Shown here: positions 36,190-45,953 of the stretch, piece after piece | Layout of the letters: every line of letters begins with the position of its first letter | Numbering within the stretch: position 1 is the stretch's first letter | Assembly: GCA_947589475.1 (NCBI GenBank) | Contig: CANQBO010000001.1 | Span: 149,136 to 213,135 of the forward strand | Reading direction: 5' to 3' | From: an uncultured Clostridia bacterium | GTDB taxonomy: Bacteria; Bacillota; Clostridia; Christensenellales; CAG-917 | DNA: 64,000 nt | Position numbers and translations under genes: made by a program | Notes under the pieces: model-generated | Told to the model about the DNA's origin: nothing | What the model saw: the letters and a program-made list of their open reading frames with translations, nothing else | The model's database searches: none

Positions 36190-36921
36190 ATGTCACCATA
36201 CACGTTGGACCAAATTTTGGGAAGAGCAGACAACAAAAATGCGTCCTCTGACGCAAATATAAACGAAAGGCCCGTAGGACAGGGCACACCGTCCTACACG
36301 GAGTTCAGGGAAGCTCATCGTTATATGGGAGAGGTGGATGTCGCGCCTCGTCAATTTGACATACGCTCGCCGTATGGCGAGACCGTTCCTCGCGGCGGAT
36401 ATGCGGGACAGGGCTACGCCCCCGACGGATATGCCGCTCCGCAACAGGGATATGCCGCTCCTCAAGACTACTCGAGGCAGGGATATGCGGGACAAGACTA
36501 CGCGCGCCCCAACTACGAACCGCGCGGATATGATATGAATATGAGGCAGGACTCCGCTCAAGGCTATTATACCCCCGACTATTACAGGGACGCGGCGGTA
36601 AATCAAAACGCGTGGCAGGGTCAATTCTACGGAAGCACCGCGAGTCAAGAGATGGGAAGAATGGCGGAGCTTGACGGCAAGCTCGCCTCCGTCAACGGAT
36701 ACTCGAGGACGCAGGAAAATACCGAAGTACACGAAGAAGTACAGGGCAAGACAAAGATGAAAAAGAGGCTCAACGCAAAAGGAGCAATAATCCTGTCGCT
36801 CTATCTCATCGTAGTCGCTGTGGTGATAACGCTCATCGGAGTCAACGCGGGCAAGATCAACAGCGGAAAGGCGGTAGTCCCCGCTTCCGAAGTGGCGGCG
36901 CAGATATCCGAACAATATTGA
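36190..36921 (+). CDS. FtsL-slot bitopic protein with long Tyr/Gly/Gln-rich cytoplasmic region
   Basis: Occupies the position of ftsL. Has a single TM helix (AIILSLYLIVVAVVITLIGV) only ~27 aa from the C-terminus. The N-terminal ~190 aa is low complexity (GYAGQGYAPDGYAAPQQGYAAPQDYSRQGYAGQDYARPNY). GGAGAAGGG RBS before ATG 36190. Confidence 0.65.
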   Translation: MSPYTLDQILGRADNKNASSDANINERPVGQGTPSYTEFREAHRYMGEVDVAPRQFDIRSPYGETVPRGGYAGQGYAPDGYAAPQQGYAAPQDYSRQGYAGQDYARPNYEPRGYDMNMRQDSAQGYYTPDYYRDAAVNQNAWQGQFYGSTASQEMGRMAELDGKLASVNGYSRTQENTEVHEEVQGKTKMKKRLNAKGAIILSLYLIVVAVVITLIGVNAGKINSGKAVVPASEVAAQISEQY

Positions 36922-36957
36922 GTCATAGTATCGGGAGTTTTCAAATAAACTCTCAAT

Positions 36958-38874
36958 ATGATAGATCCGCAACAAATCAAGAGACATTATAACCCAACAA
37001 AAAGGCTTCCGGCAGTTATACTGCTGGTCGTCTTTTTATTTTCCGCGGTTTTGGCGAAGATGATCGCCGTAATGATATTCGACAGCGGCGAGCTTCAGAT
37101 AAAGGCGCAGGATCAGTGGCTCCGCGATCTTCCGACGGACGCGCCGCGGGGCAGGATAGTGGATACGAACGGCGACGTACTTGCGGCGACGGCGACCCGC
37201 TACAACCTGTATGTGCGCCCAAACGATACCCCCGACAAGCCCGCAGTGGCGAAGTTGCTCTCCGAGGTGTTCGGATATGAATATAAGAGTACGCTTGAGA
37301 AAATTTCAAAGCGCACCTCCGAGGTCACCGTAGCGACGGGTGCGACAAAGGAGCAACTCGGCAGGGTGTATGCGAGCGGACTTGAGGGGATATATTACGC
37401 CGAGGACAACTTCAGATATTATCCGTACGGGGATTTCATGACGCAGGCGCTCGGATTTTGCGGTAGCGACGGGAACGGGCAGACGGGGCTGGAGGCATAC
37501 TACGACAAGTATCTCACGGGCGTAAACGGAAGAATGCTCACAGAGAGCGATCTCGTGGGCAGACATCTTTCGGGCACCGCCTATTATCAGCCGCCGATAG
37601 AGGGACTTACGCTTGTGACTACGCTGGACAGCGGCATACAGCGCATAGCGGACGGGGCTATATCCGCGGCGGTCGCGAAATTCGATCCCAAAGCAGTGCA
37701 ATGCATAGTGATGAACTACAAGACGGGTGGCATCGTCGCGCTGAGCGAATATCCCTCTTTTGACCTCAACGACGTGCCGAGGGATGACCTCGAGGCGCTG
37801 TTTTCGCGCTCCAAAAGCAATGTCGTATCCTCCGTGTACGAGCCGGGGTCCACATTCAAGATACTCACCGCGGCGGCGGCGCTGGACTCGGGAGCTATAT
37901 CTACTTCGGACGCGTTCTATTGCGGAGGCGCCAAAATAGTGGACGGCAAGCGCATAAGATGTTGGAAGGCAAAGGGGCACGGCTCCATAGATTTCGGCGG
38001 AGGAGTGGAGGGAAGTTGCAACGTCGTGTTTATGGAAAGCGCTCTGAGAATGGGAACCGCTACGTTTTACGATTATCTTCGCCGCTTCGGGTTGACAAAA
38101 CGCACGGGCGTGGATATTACGGGGGAGACGAGCGGCATTTTCATCGCGGAAAAGGATGTCAAGACCGTGGATCTTGCGCGCATAGGCTTCGGGCAGGCGG
38201 TCGCGGTCACGCCCATAGGTCTGGTTGCGGCTACGTCCGCCGTCATAAACGGAGGGTCGACCGTCACGCCTCATCTGTATGCGGGACTCAAGGATAAGGA
38301 CGGGAAGTACGTCGCGGGAGAAGAGTACGGAAGCGGAGGGGAAAGGGTGATAAGCGCTGGCACGTCCGAGACTATGCGCTCACTGCTTACGCGCGTGGTG
38401 ACGGCGGGCAGCGGCAAGAGCGCGTATGTGCCGGGATACAGCATCGCGGGCAAGACGGGAACGGCGCAAAAGTATCAGAACGGCGCGATCGCAAGCGGCA
38501 AATATATCTCTTCGTTTTTGGGGTTTTCGTTGAGCGACGAGGCGCCGTATGCGGTGTTGCTCATCGTGGACGAGCCTAAGGGCTATATGTACTACGGCTC
38601 GTTGGTGGCGGCGCCGCTTGTGGGAGAGATGTTCAAGAGCATTTTCGACTATAAAGCCGTGCCCCCGCATTTCGAAGGGGACGAGAAAGACATAGTGGGC
38701 GAACCGTTTTCGCTTCCGAGTTTTGTGGGGATGAGCCTTGCCGAGGCAAGAGCGGCGCTGAATAAACTCGGTCTGTACTGCGAGGTGGACGGAGATGGAA
38801 GCGAGGTCATAGGGCAATATCCCTCCGCAGGCGTGACAGTGGACAAGCGCAACGCCGTGCTTTTGATGACGTGA
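36958..38874 (+). CDS. class B penicillin-binding protein (FtsI / SpoVD-type) with one PASTA domain
   Basis: N-terminal TM helix, PBP dimerisation domain, then STFK, SCN and KTGTA motifs, and a C-terminal PASTA domain (LPSFVGMSLAEARAALNKLGL). Confidence 0.9.
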   Translation: MIDPQQIKRHYNPTKRLPAVILLVVFLFSAVLAKMIAVMIFDSGELQIKAQDQWLRDLPTDAPRGRIVDTNGDVLAATATRYNLYVRPNDTPDKPAVAKLLSEVFGYEYKSTLEKISKRTSEVTVATGATKEQLGRVYASGLEGIYYAEDNFRYYPYGDFMTQALGFCGSDGNGQTGLEAYYDKYLTGVNGRMLTESDLVGRHLSGTAYYQPPIEGLTLVTTLDSGIQRIADGAISAAVAKFDPKAVQCIVMNYKTGGIVALSEYPSFDLNDVPRDDLEALFSRSKSNVVSSVYEPGSTFKILTAAAALDSGAISTSDAFYCGGAKIVDGKRIRCWKAKGHGSIDFGGGVEGSCNVVFMESALRMGTATFYDYLRRFGLTKRTGVDITGETSGIFIAEKDVKTVDLARIGFGQAVAVTPIGLVAATSAVINGGSTVTPHLYAGLKDKDGKYVAGEEYGSGGERVISAGTSETMRSLLTRVVTAGSGKSAYVPGYSIAGKTGTAQKYQNGAIASGKYISSFLGFSLSDEAPYAVLLIVDEPKGYMYYGSLVAAPLVGEMFKSIFDYKAVPPHFEGDEKDIVGEPFSLPSFVGMSLAEARAALNKLGLYCEVDGDGSEVIGQYPSAGVTVDKRNAVLLMT

Positions 38875-39448
38875 TATATGCGCAAACTTTGTCTGAGTTT
38901 ATTACGCAACACTTGTCAAGGCATATTTATGAATGGACGGACGCCTTGTCCGAGCGATTGTACAAACTCTGTATGAGCGCACTTATACACGCTGTACGCC
39001 TTGTCTGAGTGACGTCGCGGAGCGAGCGGGATATACTCACGTACGCAGTGAGGGCGTGTCTGCACACTATAAAATCGCCACGCAATTTTTTGGGGACAAC
39101 TAGGGGATGTTTCGACTCCTTACCCCACAAAAACATTTCATATTTTTGCGGGGACCCCGTTCCGCTCAACATGACATGTTATATATATAATCATTCCGAG
39201 CAACGTCGAGGAATCCCCTTGTCTGAGCGACACGGGGTCCCCATAGCGGGTCCCAAGAAAAGCACGAAGTGATTTTTTTTGGGTGCAGATATGAGTGACG
39301 ACGTAACGCAGTGTAGAAATGCACAGCCGGTGGAACGAATTTTATGGGGTAAATAAAAAGAAATTCCGTTGATGTCTAGTTTTGCCTGGCTGTTGATAAT
39401 CTTTGATAACATAATTATCATTGTTATATCAAACCTCGGAGGGATGGC
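38875..39448. repeat. repeat- and palindrome-rich non-coding spacer inside the dcw cluster
   Basis: Four copies of CCTTGTCYGAGYGA-like motif (38890-98 partial, 38944-57, 38999-39012, 39217-30). A perfect 11-bp inverted repeat GGGGACCCCGT(39150-60)/ACGGGGTCCCC(39232-42). A further T6GGGG/CCCCACA5 inverted repeat (39086-39133). Confidence 0.7.
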
Positions 39449-40888
39449 ATGAAACTTAAAGACCTATTGAAAAACGTCGACGTTTTGGAAACAAATGCCG
39501 ATATGGACGCTCAGATGAAAGAGATCAAATCAGACTCCCGTCAAGTGGAGGCAAACGACCTTTTCATATGTATGGAAGGCATAAACGCGGACGCGAACGA
39601 CTTTTTGGGGGATATAAAACTTCCGTTTGTTGCGGTGACTGCAAAACGTCCGCCCGCGGGCATAAAGTATGTGCTTGTAGACGACGCGCGCCTCGCGTAC
39701 GCGAAGATATGCGGCAACAGATTTTTGCGTCCTTTGGACGATATGCGCTTCATCGCGGTGGTAGGGACAAACGGCAAGACATCGACGGCGCACTACATCG
39801 AGTCGATACTGACCTACGCGGGGTTCAGATGCGGGCTGATGGGTACGGACGGACACTACATTTTGGGCGAAAAAGTAGGGGAAAGCCTGACTACGCCCGA
39901 TCCGTACGAATTCAACGATCTGCTTTTCAAAATGCGCGCGAAGGGTTGCGACGTCGTCATATCCGAAGTGAGCGCGCACGCAATATATCTTGAAAAGCTG
40001 GGCGACATCAAGGCGGACATCGCCGTGCTTACGAACATATCTCAGGATCACCTCGATTTTTTCAAGAGCTATGAGGAGTACCTCGGCGTCAAAATGTCAT
40101 ATTTTACGTCCGAACACGTCAAGCGCGCCGTCGTGAACGTGGACGACAAGAGCGGAAAGATTTTGCTTGACAGACTGCACGAAGCGTCGCTGCCATGCGT
40201 GAGCTACGGGCTTGAAAACCCCGCGGATTGCTTTGCGGTGAACGTGAGAGAGGACATGGACGGCATAGGCTTTGTCGCAAACCTCAACGACGAGCTTGCG
40301 GAAGTGAGGTCGGGGCTGTACGGCGAATTCAACGTGTACAATATTCTCGCCGCTATGACGGTCGCGCATCAAATGGGCGTGGACGCGAGGACGATCGCTC
40401 AAGCGGTGAGGCGAGTAAAGCCCGTAAAGGGCAGATTTTCCGTACTCAGGAGCGACAAAGGCACGATAATCATAGACTTCGCGCACACTCCCGAAGGCTT
40501 GCGCAGTCTGTTGAGCACGGCGCGTATGCTCACAAAATCGCGCCTCATCACAGTGTTCGGTTGCGGAGGGGAAAGGGACGTGTTGAAGCGTCGTATCATG
40601 GGCGAAGTTGCGTCTAAATACAGCGACGCGATAATACTGACTTCGGACAATCCGCGCGGCGAGGATCCTCGCGACATAATCCGCGACATAGAGGCGGGCG
40701 TGTGCATAAAAGACGTTAAATGCATCGTGGACAGGCTTGAAGCCGTGCGCACCGCGCTTTCCGAGATGGAAGAGGGGGACACCCTCGTCATAGCGGGCAA
40801 GGGAAGCGAGACTTACATCGAGATCAAGGGGCGGAAGATCCCGTATAGCGACTTCGACGCCGTCGCGAGGTACGGACAGCTGAAATGA
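39449..40888 (+). CDS. murE: UDP-MurNAc-L-Ala-D-Glu--2,6-diaminopimelate ligase
   Basis: P-loop VGTNGKTST, DFAHTPEGL and the DAP-type DNPR motif (TSDNPRGEDP). Confidence 0.9.
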   Translation: MKLKDLLKNVDVLETNADMDAQMKEIKSDSRQVEANDLFICMEGINADANDFLGDIKLPFVAVTAKRPPAGIKYVLVDDARLAYAKICGNRFLRPLDDMRFIAVVGTNGKTSTAHYIESILTYAGFRCGLMGTDGHYILGEKVGESLTTPDPYEFNDLLFKMRAKGCDVVISEVSAHAIYLEKLGDIKADIAVLTNISQDHLDFFKSYEEYLGVKMSYFTSEHVKRAVVNVDDKSGKILLDRLHEASLPCVSYGLENPADCFAVNVREDMDGIGFVANLNDELAEVRSGLYGEFNVYNILAAMTVAHQMGVDARTIAQAVRRVKPVKGRFSVLRSDKGTIIIDFAHTPEGLRSLLSTARMLTKSRLITVFGCGGERDVLKRRIMGEVASKYSDAIILTSDNPRGEDPRDIIRDIEAGVCIKDVKCIVDRLEAVRTALSEMEEGDTLVIAGKGSETYIEIKGRKIPYSDFDAVARYGQLK

Positions 40889-41880
40889 GCGGCGGAATAA
40901 GATTGCTATTGTATTTTGTGGGGAGCGCGTTGCTTTCCGCCGTTTTGGGCATACCCATCGTAAAGCTGATGAAGAGCCTAAAAGCGAAACAGACTGTGCT
41001 CGGCTATGTCAAACAGCACGAGCACAAGAGCGGCACTCCAACAATGGGCGGGTTCATCTTTTTGATACCCGTCGTCATAGTGTCCTTGATAGAGTGGACT
41101 CCGTTTTCGCTCGTTTCCCTCGCGCTCACGTTCGGCTTTTGCATGCTGGGTTTCCTTGACGACTTCATCAAGATACATTACGCGCGCAATCTCGGGCTGA
41201 AACCGTATCAGAAGATTATAGGACAGCTGGGTCTATCCGCCGCGGCGGGATATTTCGCGTATGCGTCGGGCTATATCGCGGGGCAGATATACATTCCGTT
41301 TTTCGGCAACGTGAGTTTGGGGTGGGGGATCATACCCTTCGTCATGCTGGTGTATATCGCGACGACGAATTCCGTAAATCTGACGGACGGGCTGGACGGA
41401 CTTGCCGGCAACACTTCCGTCGCGTATTTCATAGGTTTCGCATTGCTTTGCTACCTGCTTTTCAAAGACGCGCTCGCGACGGGGGACGAAGCGTACGCAA
41501 GAGAGTTGCTTTCGCTTGCGGCTGTATGCGTTTCGACGCTGGGCGGTCTGCTCGGATACCTGCTCTTCAACGGTTATCCCGCGAAGATAATGATGGGAGA
41601 CACGGGGTCGCTCGCGCTGGGCGCGACGTGCGCGTCCGTTGCGGTTTTTTGTAAAAATCCGCTTTTGATCGCAACTTCGGGCATAATGTACGTATGGACA
41701 AGCATATCTGTTATATTGCAGGTGCTAAGCTTCAAGCTCACGAAAAAGCGGATATTCCTTATGGCTCCGTTCCATCATCATCTCGAGCTTAAGGGGATGA
41801 GCGAAACAAAAATCGTGACGCTTTACTTCTTCATAAGCATGCTTGCAGCCGCCCTGACGATAATTTTTGCGAGGGCATAA
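40885..41880 (+). CDS. mraY: phospho-N-acetylmuramoyl-pentapeptide transferase
   Basis: KSGTPTMGG, NSVNLTDGLDGLA, MGDTGSLALG and APFHHHLE. Confidence 0.95.
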   Translation: MSGGIRLLLYFVGSALLSAVLGIPIVKLMKSLKAKQTVLGYVKQHEHKSGTPTMGGFIFLIPVVIVSLIEWTPFSLVSLALTFGFCMLGFLDDFIKIHYARNLGLKPYQKIIGQLGLSAAAGYFAYASGYIAGQIYIPFFGNVSLGWGIIPFVMLVYIATTNSVNLTDGLDGLAGNTSVAYFIGFALLCYLLFKDALATGDEAYARELLSLAAVCVSTLGGLLGYLLFNGYPAKIMMGDTGSLALGATCASVAVFCKNPLLIATSGIMYVWTSISVILQVLSFKLTKKRIFLMAPFHHHLELKGMSETKIVTLYFFISMLAAALTIIFARA

Positions 41881-43187
41881 TGAATTTACTTGGCAGGAGC
41901 GTAGTCGTTTACGGCGCGGGGAAGAGCGGACTTGCCGCATACGAGCTTGCGCGCGAAAAGGGCGCGAGAGTCACAGTCTACGACGACGATCCGCGCGCGG
42001 CGAGAGCGACAAACAGCGTCGGCGTATTTCGTGACGCGGACATCATAGTTTTGAGTCCGGGCGTGAGCGGAGACAAGGACTTTATCCTGGACGCACGTCT
42101 CGAGGGCAAGACCGTAGTGAGCGAGCTTAAGTTAGCCTCGGACATATGCCTTGCGGAACAGATCATGGTGACGGGCACAAACGGCAAGACAACAACGACC
42201 ATGCTCATCGACGCCATTTTGAAGCGTGCGGGCATAAAGAGCTATGCCGTGGGCAACATAGGCACGCCCTTTTCGTCCATAGCGGACAAGCTGGACGCGA
42301 CGGAGACCGCGGTCGTTGAGGCGAGCAGTTTCCAGCTTGAGAGCAGTGAGGGCGTCTCTCCCGACATAGCCGTCTTGCTGAACATAACTCCCGACCACCT
42401 CGAGAGGCACGGAAGTATGGAAAAATACGTCGCGGCAAAGGCAAACATCTTTTTGAGGCAATGCCCGCAGGACGTCATAGTTTACAACGACGATGACGAC
42501 GAGATCCGCGCTTTAGCGCCTCAAATGAATGCGAAAAAAGTGCCGTTCAGTCTCACCCATCCCGTGAAGGGCGGCGCGTACATATCCTCGGACTTCGTGT
42601 GTTTCGACGCGCGTCCCGTCGTGCACATCGACGACATCGACATGCGCGGACGAGAGCTTGAAAACGTGCTCGCGGCGACTGCGGTCGCGGCGGTGAAGGG
42701 CATATCTCCGTTTACCATAGGCAGCGCGATCACGGAGTTTTCGCGCCCCGCGTTCAGGCGTCAATACGTCGGAAGCAAGGACGGAATAAGCGTATACAAC
42801 GATTCTAAGGCGACAAACGTCTCCTCCTGCATATCAGCTTGCGAGAGTATGGAGGGCGGGGTCGCGCTCATTTTGGGCGGCGCGCTTCGCGAGGAGGACT
42901 TCGACGCGCTGTTTTCAAAGCTCCCCGAAAAAGTCGGGGCGGTGTGCGTATGCGGCGAGAATTCCAATGAGATATTGCGCTCCGCCGCGCGCGCGGAATT
43001 TGAAAACATAAGCCGTTTCGACTCCATATCCTCCGCGCTTGACGGGGCCATGGGAAAGGCAAGGGAAATGGGTTTGAAAAACGTGCTGTTTTCGCCCGCC
43101 TCCAAAAGTTTCGACCTCTTTGACAACTATATCGAACGCGGCAAATTTTTCGACGGCGTATGCCGCGCGCTGGGCATAAGCAAATGA
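41880..43187 (+). CDS. murD: UDP-MurNAc-L-alanine--D-glutamate ligase
   Basis: N-terminal Rossmann motif (VYGAGKSG), VTGTNGKTTTT and NDSKATN. Confidence 0.9.
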   Translation: MNLLGRSVVVYGAGKSGLAAYELAREKGARVTVYDDDPRAARATNSVGVFRDADIIVLSPGVSGDKDFILDARLEGKTVVSELKLASDICLAEQIMVTGTNGKTTTTMLIDAILKRAGIKSYAVGNIGTPFSSIADKLDATETAVVEASSFQLESSEGVSPDIAVLLNITPDHLERHGSMEKYVAAKANIFLRQCPQDVIVYNDDDDEIRALAPQMNAKKVPFSLTHPVKGGAYISSDFVCFDARPVVHIDDIDMRGRELENVLAATAVAAVKGISPFTIGSAITEFSRPAFRRQYVGSKDGISVYNDSKATNVSSCISACESMEGGVALILGGALREEDFDALFSKLPEKVGAVCVCGENSNEILRSAARAEFENISRFDSISSALDGAMGKAREMGLKNVLFSPASKSFDLFDNYIERGKFFDGVCRALGISK

Positions 43188-44395
43188 CGGCGCGAGGAGA
43201 AAGCGGGCTTCTTTTAGAGAGGGCGAAGCCGCAAGGTCTTAAAATGGCGTCGGGAAGGGTGGACATACCGCTTGTAGCGGCGACTGTCGCGCTTGCTCTT
43301 TTGGGGATCGTTTTCATATACTCCGCTTCATGCTACAGCGCGCAGATACAGCTGGGCGACGCATTCCACTACGTCAAAACGCAGGCGATCGCGCTCGCCA
43401 TAGGACTGTTTGCCATGGTGGGTATGGCGTATGTCCCCACAAGTACGATCAAAAAACTTGCGATCCCCCTCTATCTTTTGGGGTTGCTTTTGCTCGGACT
43501 TGTATTTTTGCCCGTCATAGGTGTGGAAAGTTACGGCGCAAAACGCTGGCTAAACCTCGGATTTTTCACTATTCAACCCTCGGAATATGCCAAATTCTTT
43601 ATGGTGATGGCGATCTCGTTGTTTGCTTGCAAAGCGGATATGAAAAAGTTTTCGAGCGTCATTGTGACTCTGCTTTTGGGCGGGGCGGTATGTCTTTTGT
43701 TGATACTCGAGCCTAATATGTCCATAACCGTATGCGCCGCCGCGGTCATATTTGTCATGCTGTTTGTAAGCGGGGCGAGAGGACGGCATCTCGTGCTCAT
43801 CGTCATACCCGCCGTCATAGGCGCCGTATTGCTTATTTTGCTGGAGCCGTACAGACTGCAACGACTCCTAGCATTTTTGGATCCGTGGAAGTCGCCTCTT
43901 GAAGAGGGTTATCAACTGATCCAGTCCTACTACGCGCTGGGAAGCGGAGGGCTGTTCGGAGTGGGACTGTTCGCATCTCGTCAAAAATATCTGTTTTTGC
44001 CATTTGCCGAGAGCGATTTCATACTTTCCGTCATAGGCGAGGAGACGGGGATAGTGGGGGTCATGCTTGTGATGTCGCTCTTCCTCATCATAGCGTTTCG
44101 CGGCTTCAAGATCGCGCGCGAGGCGGAAAATCGCTTTGATTGCTACCTCGCGGCGGGCATAACGGCGGTCACTACTATACAGGCGCTCGTCAATATGGCG
44201 GTCGTGTGCGGCGCGATCCCGCCCACAGGACTGCCTCTGCCTTTCGTGAGCGCGGGCGGAAGTTCGCTTGTGGCGTACATGGGCGCCGTCGGCATTTTGC
44301 TGTCCATATCCAGACGGCGCTCGCCGTATATCGCCGTAGGAGCGCTCTCGGAAGGAGATGCAGGGCACGGTATTTCACGTCGACGCATACGGTGA
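43184..44395 (+). CDS. ftsW: SEDS-family peptidoglycan polymerase FtsW/SpoVE
   Basis: A 10-TM protein with IYSASCYSA, RWLNLGFFTIQPSE and LPFVSAGGSS. The start is taken at the ATGA overlap with murD; ATG 43244 is an alternative. Confidence 0.85.
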   Translation: MTARGESGLLLERAKPQGLKMASGRVDIPLVAATVALALLGIVFIYSASCYSAQIQLGDAFHYVKTQAIALAIGLFAMVGMAYVPTSTIKKLAIPLYLLGLLLLGLVFLPVIGVESYGAKRWLNLGFFTIQPSEYAKFFMVMAISLFACKADMKKFSSVIVTLLLGGAVCLLLILEPNMSITVCAAAVIFVMLFVSGARGRHLVLIVIPAVIGAVLLILLEPYRLQRLLAFLDPWKSPLEEGYQLIQSYYALGSGGLFGVGLFASRQKYLFLPFAESDFILSVIGEETGIVGVMLVMSLFLIIAFRGFKIAREAENRFDCYLAAGITAVTTIQALVNMAVVCGAIPPTGLPLPFVSAGGSSLVAYMGAVGILLSISRRRSPYIAVGALSEGDAGHGISRRRIR

Positions 44396-44400
44396 TAGTG

Positions 44401-45684
44401 ATGGAAGAGATGCTTGTGATAAGAGGAGGCGCTCCCTTGAGAGGAGAGGTCACGGTGCACGGCGCGAAAAATGCCGTGCTTCCTTTGCTTCTTGCGGGGA
44501 CGCTCACGGACGAGGAAGTCGAGATATGCGACTGTCCATTTATATCCGACGTCGAGGCGATGACTCTGCTCATGCGCTCGCTCGGGGTGGACGTGGCGCG
44601 CGAGGGCAGGCGCATACGCGTACGCGGCGGCGCGAAGAGGGCAAGCGCGGACGGCGCGCTGTCAAAGACGATGCGCTCGTCGATGTTTATGTTGGGAGCG
44701 TTGCTCGCCACTGTGCGAGAGGTACATATGCCTCTTCCCGGAGGCTGTAACATAGGGGCGAGACCACTCGACATACATATAGACGGTCTGCGAGCTATGG
44801 GCGCGCGCGTAGAGGCGCGAGACGACATGTTGCACTGCTGTGCGGACGAACTTCACGGCGCGGATATAGTCATGCGCTACCCGAGCGTGGGCGCGACGGA
44901 AAATCTAATGATGTGCGCAAGCCTCGCGAGAGGAGATACTTGCCTCATAAACTGTGCGCGAGAGCCGGAAATAGTCTGCCTCGCAAGGGGACTTAAGGCT
45001 ATGGGCGGAGACATAAGCGGAGAGGGCACTTCGGTCATGCGCATACGCGGGGTGAGGAAACTTCGGGGCGCTTCTCTCATGCCGTGCGGAGACAGGATAG
45101 TCGCTGGGACGCTTGTCGCGGCGACAGCCGTAGCTGGAGGAGACGTCGCCATATACGGAGTCGATCCGTGCGATATAGCAAGCGTGACGGACGCCTTCAA
45201 AAGCGACCATTGCTTAATTGACGACGACGGCGTCTGCGTGAGGGTGCGCGCGGACGGACGCATACGCCCCGTAAACATCTCGACCGCGCCGTTTCCGCTT
45301 TTCCCGACGGATATGCAAGCGCAACTCATGGGCGCGATGTGTTTTGCGGACGGCGTCAGCGTGATAGACGAGACGGTGTTCGAGAGGAGGTTCGCTCACG
45401 CGCGCGAGCTTGTGAAGTTGGGCGCGGACATAACCCTCGACGCGGGCAGAGCGATAGTGCGAGGAAGCGGGCTTACGGGCGGCAGACTCAAGGGCGCGAC
45501 TATGTACGCGCGCGATTTGAGAGGGGGCGCGGGGCTTGTCATTGCCGCTCTCGGCGCGGAGGGGGAGAGTAAAATTTTCGACATCGGCTATATAGACAGG
45601 GGCTACGAGAGGCCCGAGGACATGCTGTCCTGTTTGGGCGCGGACATTTCGAGGCTCCCCGTCGCAGGCGTAGAGGCGAGATGA
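44401..45684 (+). CDS. murA: UDP-N-acetylglucosamine 1-carboxyvinyltransferase
   Basis: LVIRGGAPLRGEVTVHGAKNAVLPLL and the active-site loop LPGGCNIGARPLDIHI. ATG 44401 was chosen; the track extension overlaps ftsW. Confidence 0.9.
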   Translation: MEEMLVIRGGAPLRGEVTVHGAKNAVLPLLLAGTLTDEEVEICDCPFISDVEAMTLLMRSLGVDVAREGRRIRVRGGAKRASADGALSKTMRSSMFMLGALLATVREVHMPLPGGCNIGARPLDIHIDGLRAMGARVEARDDMLHCCADELHGADIVMRYPSVGATENLMMCASLARGDTCLINCAREPEIVCLARGLKAMGGDISGEGTSVMRIRGVRKLRGASLMPCGDRIVAGTLVAATAVAGGDVAIYGVDPCDIASVTDAFKSDHCLIDDDGVCVRVRADGRIRPVNISTAPFPLFPTDMQAQLMGAMCFADGVSVIDETVFERRFAHARELVKLGADITLDAGRAIVRGSGLTGGRLKGATMYARDLRGGAGLVIAALGAEGESKIFDIGYIDRGYERPEDMLSCLGADISRLPVAGVEAR

Positions 45685-45760
45685 GCATGCGCGATCGTAG
45701 TGTAAAAAAGCCGTCGCATTTAGGCTTAGACTTGCGCATATGTCGGCGCTGAGTTTCTTA

Positions 45761-45808
45761 AAGCGGGAGTTTTTGAGGCGCAATGCGCTCCCTAAACCCC
45801 CGCTTTTT
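45761..45808 (+). terminator. compound hairpin + T-run after murA
   Basis: AAGCGGG...CCCGCTT outer stem encloses a GCGC-rich inner hairpin and is followed by T5. Confidence 0.55.
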
Positions 45809-45871
45809 GCAATAATAGCAAAAAAATATAAAAAACAGTGCGGTTTATGACATATTTTTGCAAAAAATCGA

Positions 45872-45901
45872 TTGACAGCCGCATTATAATATATTTATAA
45901 T
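45872..45901 (+). promoter_or_regulatory. sigmaA promoter upstream of ftsA-ftsZ
   Basis: TTGACA - 18 nt - TATAAT. Confidence 0.6.
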
Positions 45902-45953
45902 AAATTAGATTATAGTTTGCGCCTGCGGGTGTTTGCGCGCAGGCGGAGGAAAT

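Noticed and set aside
36193-38274. Minus-strand ORFs of 264 aa (36193-36987) and 322 aa (37306-38274).
   Set aside because: They are antisense to the FtsL-slot gene and the PBP gene respectively. Arg-rich shadow ORFs.
38927-39421. Three 76-87-aa ORFs inside the dcw spacer.
   Set aside because: They mutually overlap on both strands, lack RBSs and have odd composition. The region is better explained by repeats and palindromes.
39280-39448. Possible T-box or riboswitch leader for murE.
   Set aside because: I could find no T-box sequence (AAUUGGGUGGUACCGCG-like), specifier-loop features or other known aptamer cores. Only AT-rich promoter-like sequence is present.
44140-44400. N-terminal extension of murA in the track ORF (starts at 44140).
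   Set aside because: It overlaps the 3' end of ftsW in another frame. MurA homology begins at MEEMLVIRGG (ATG 44401).
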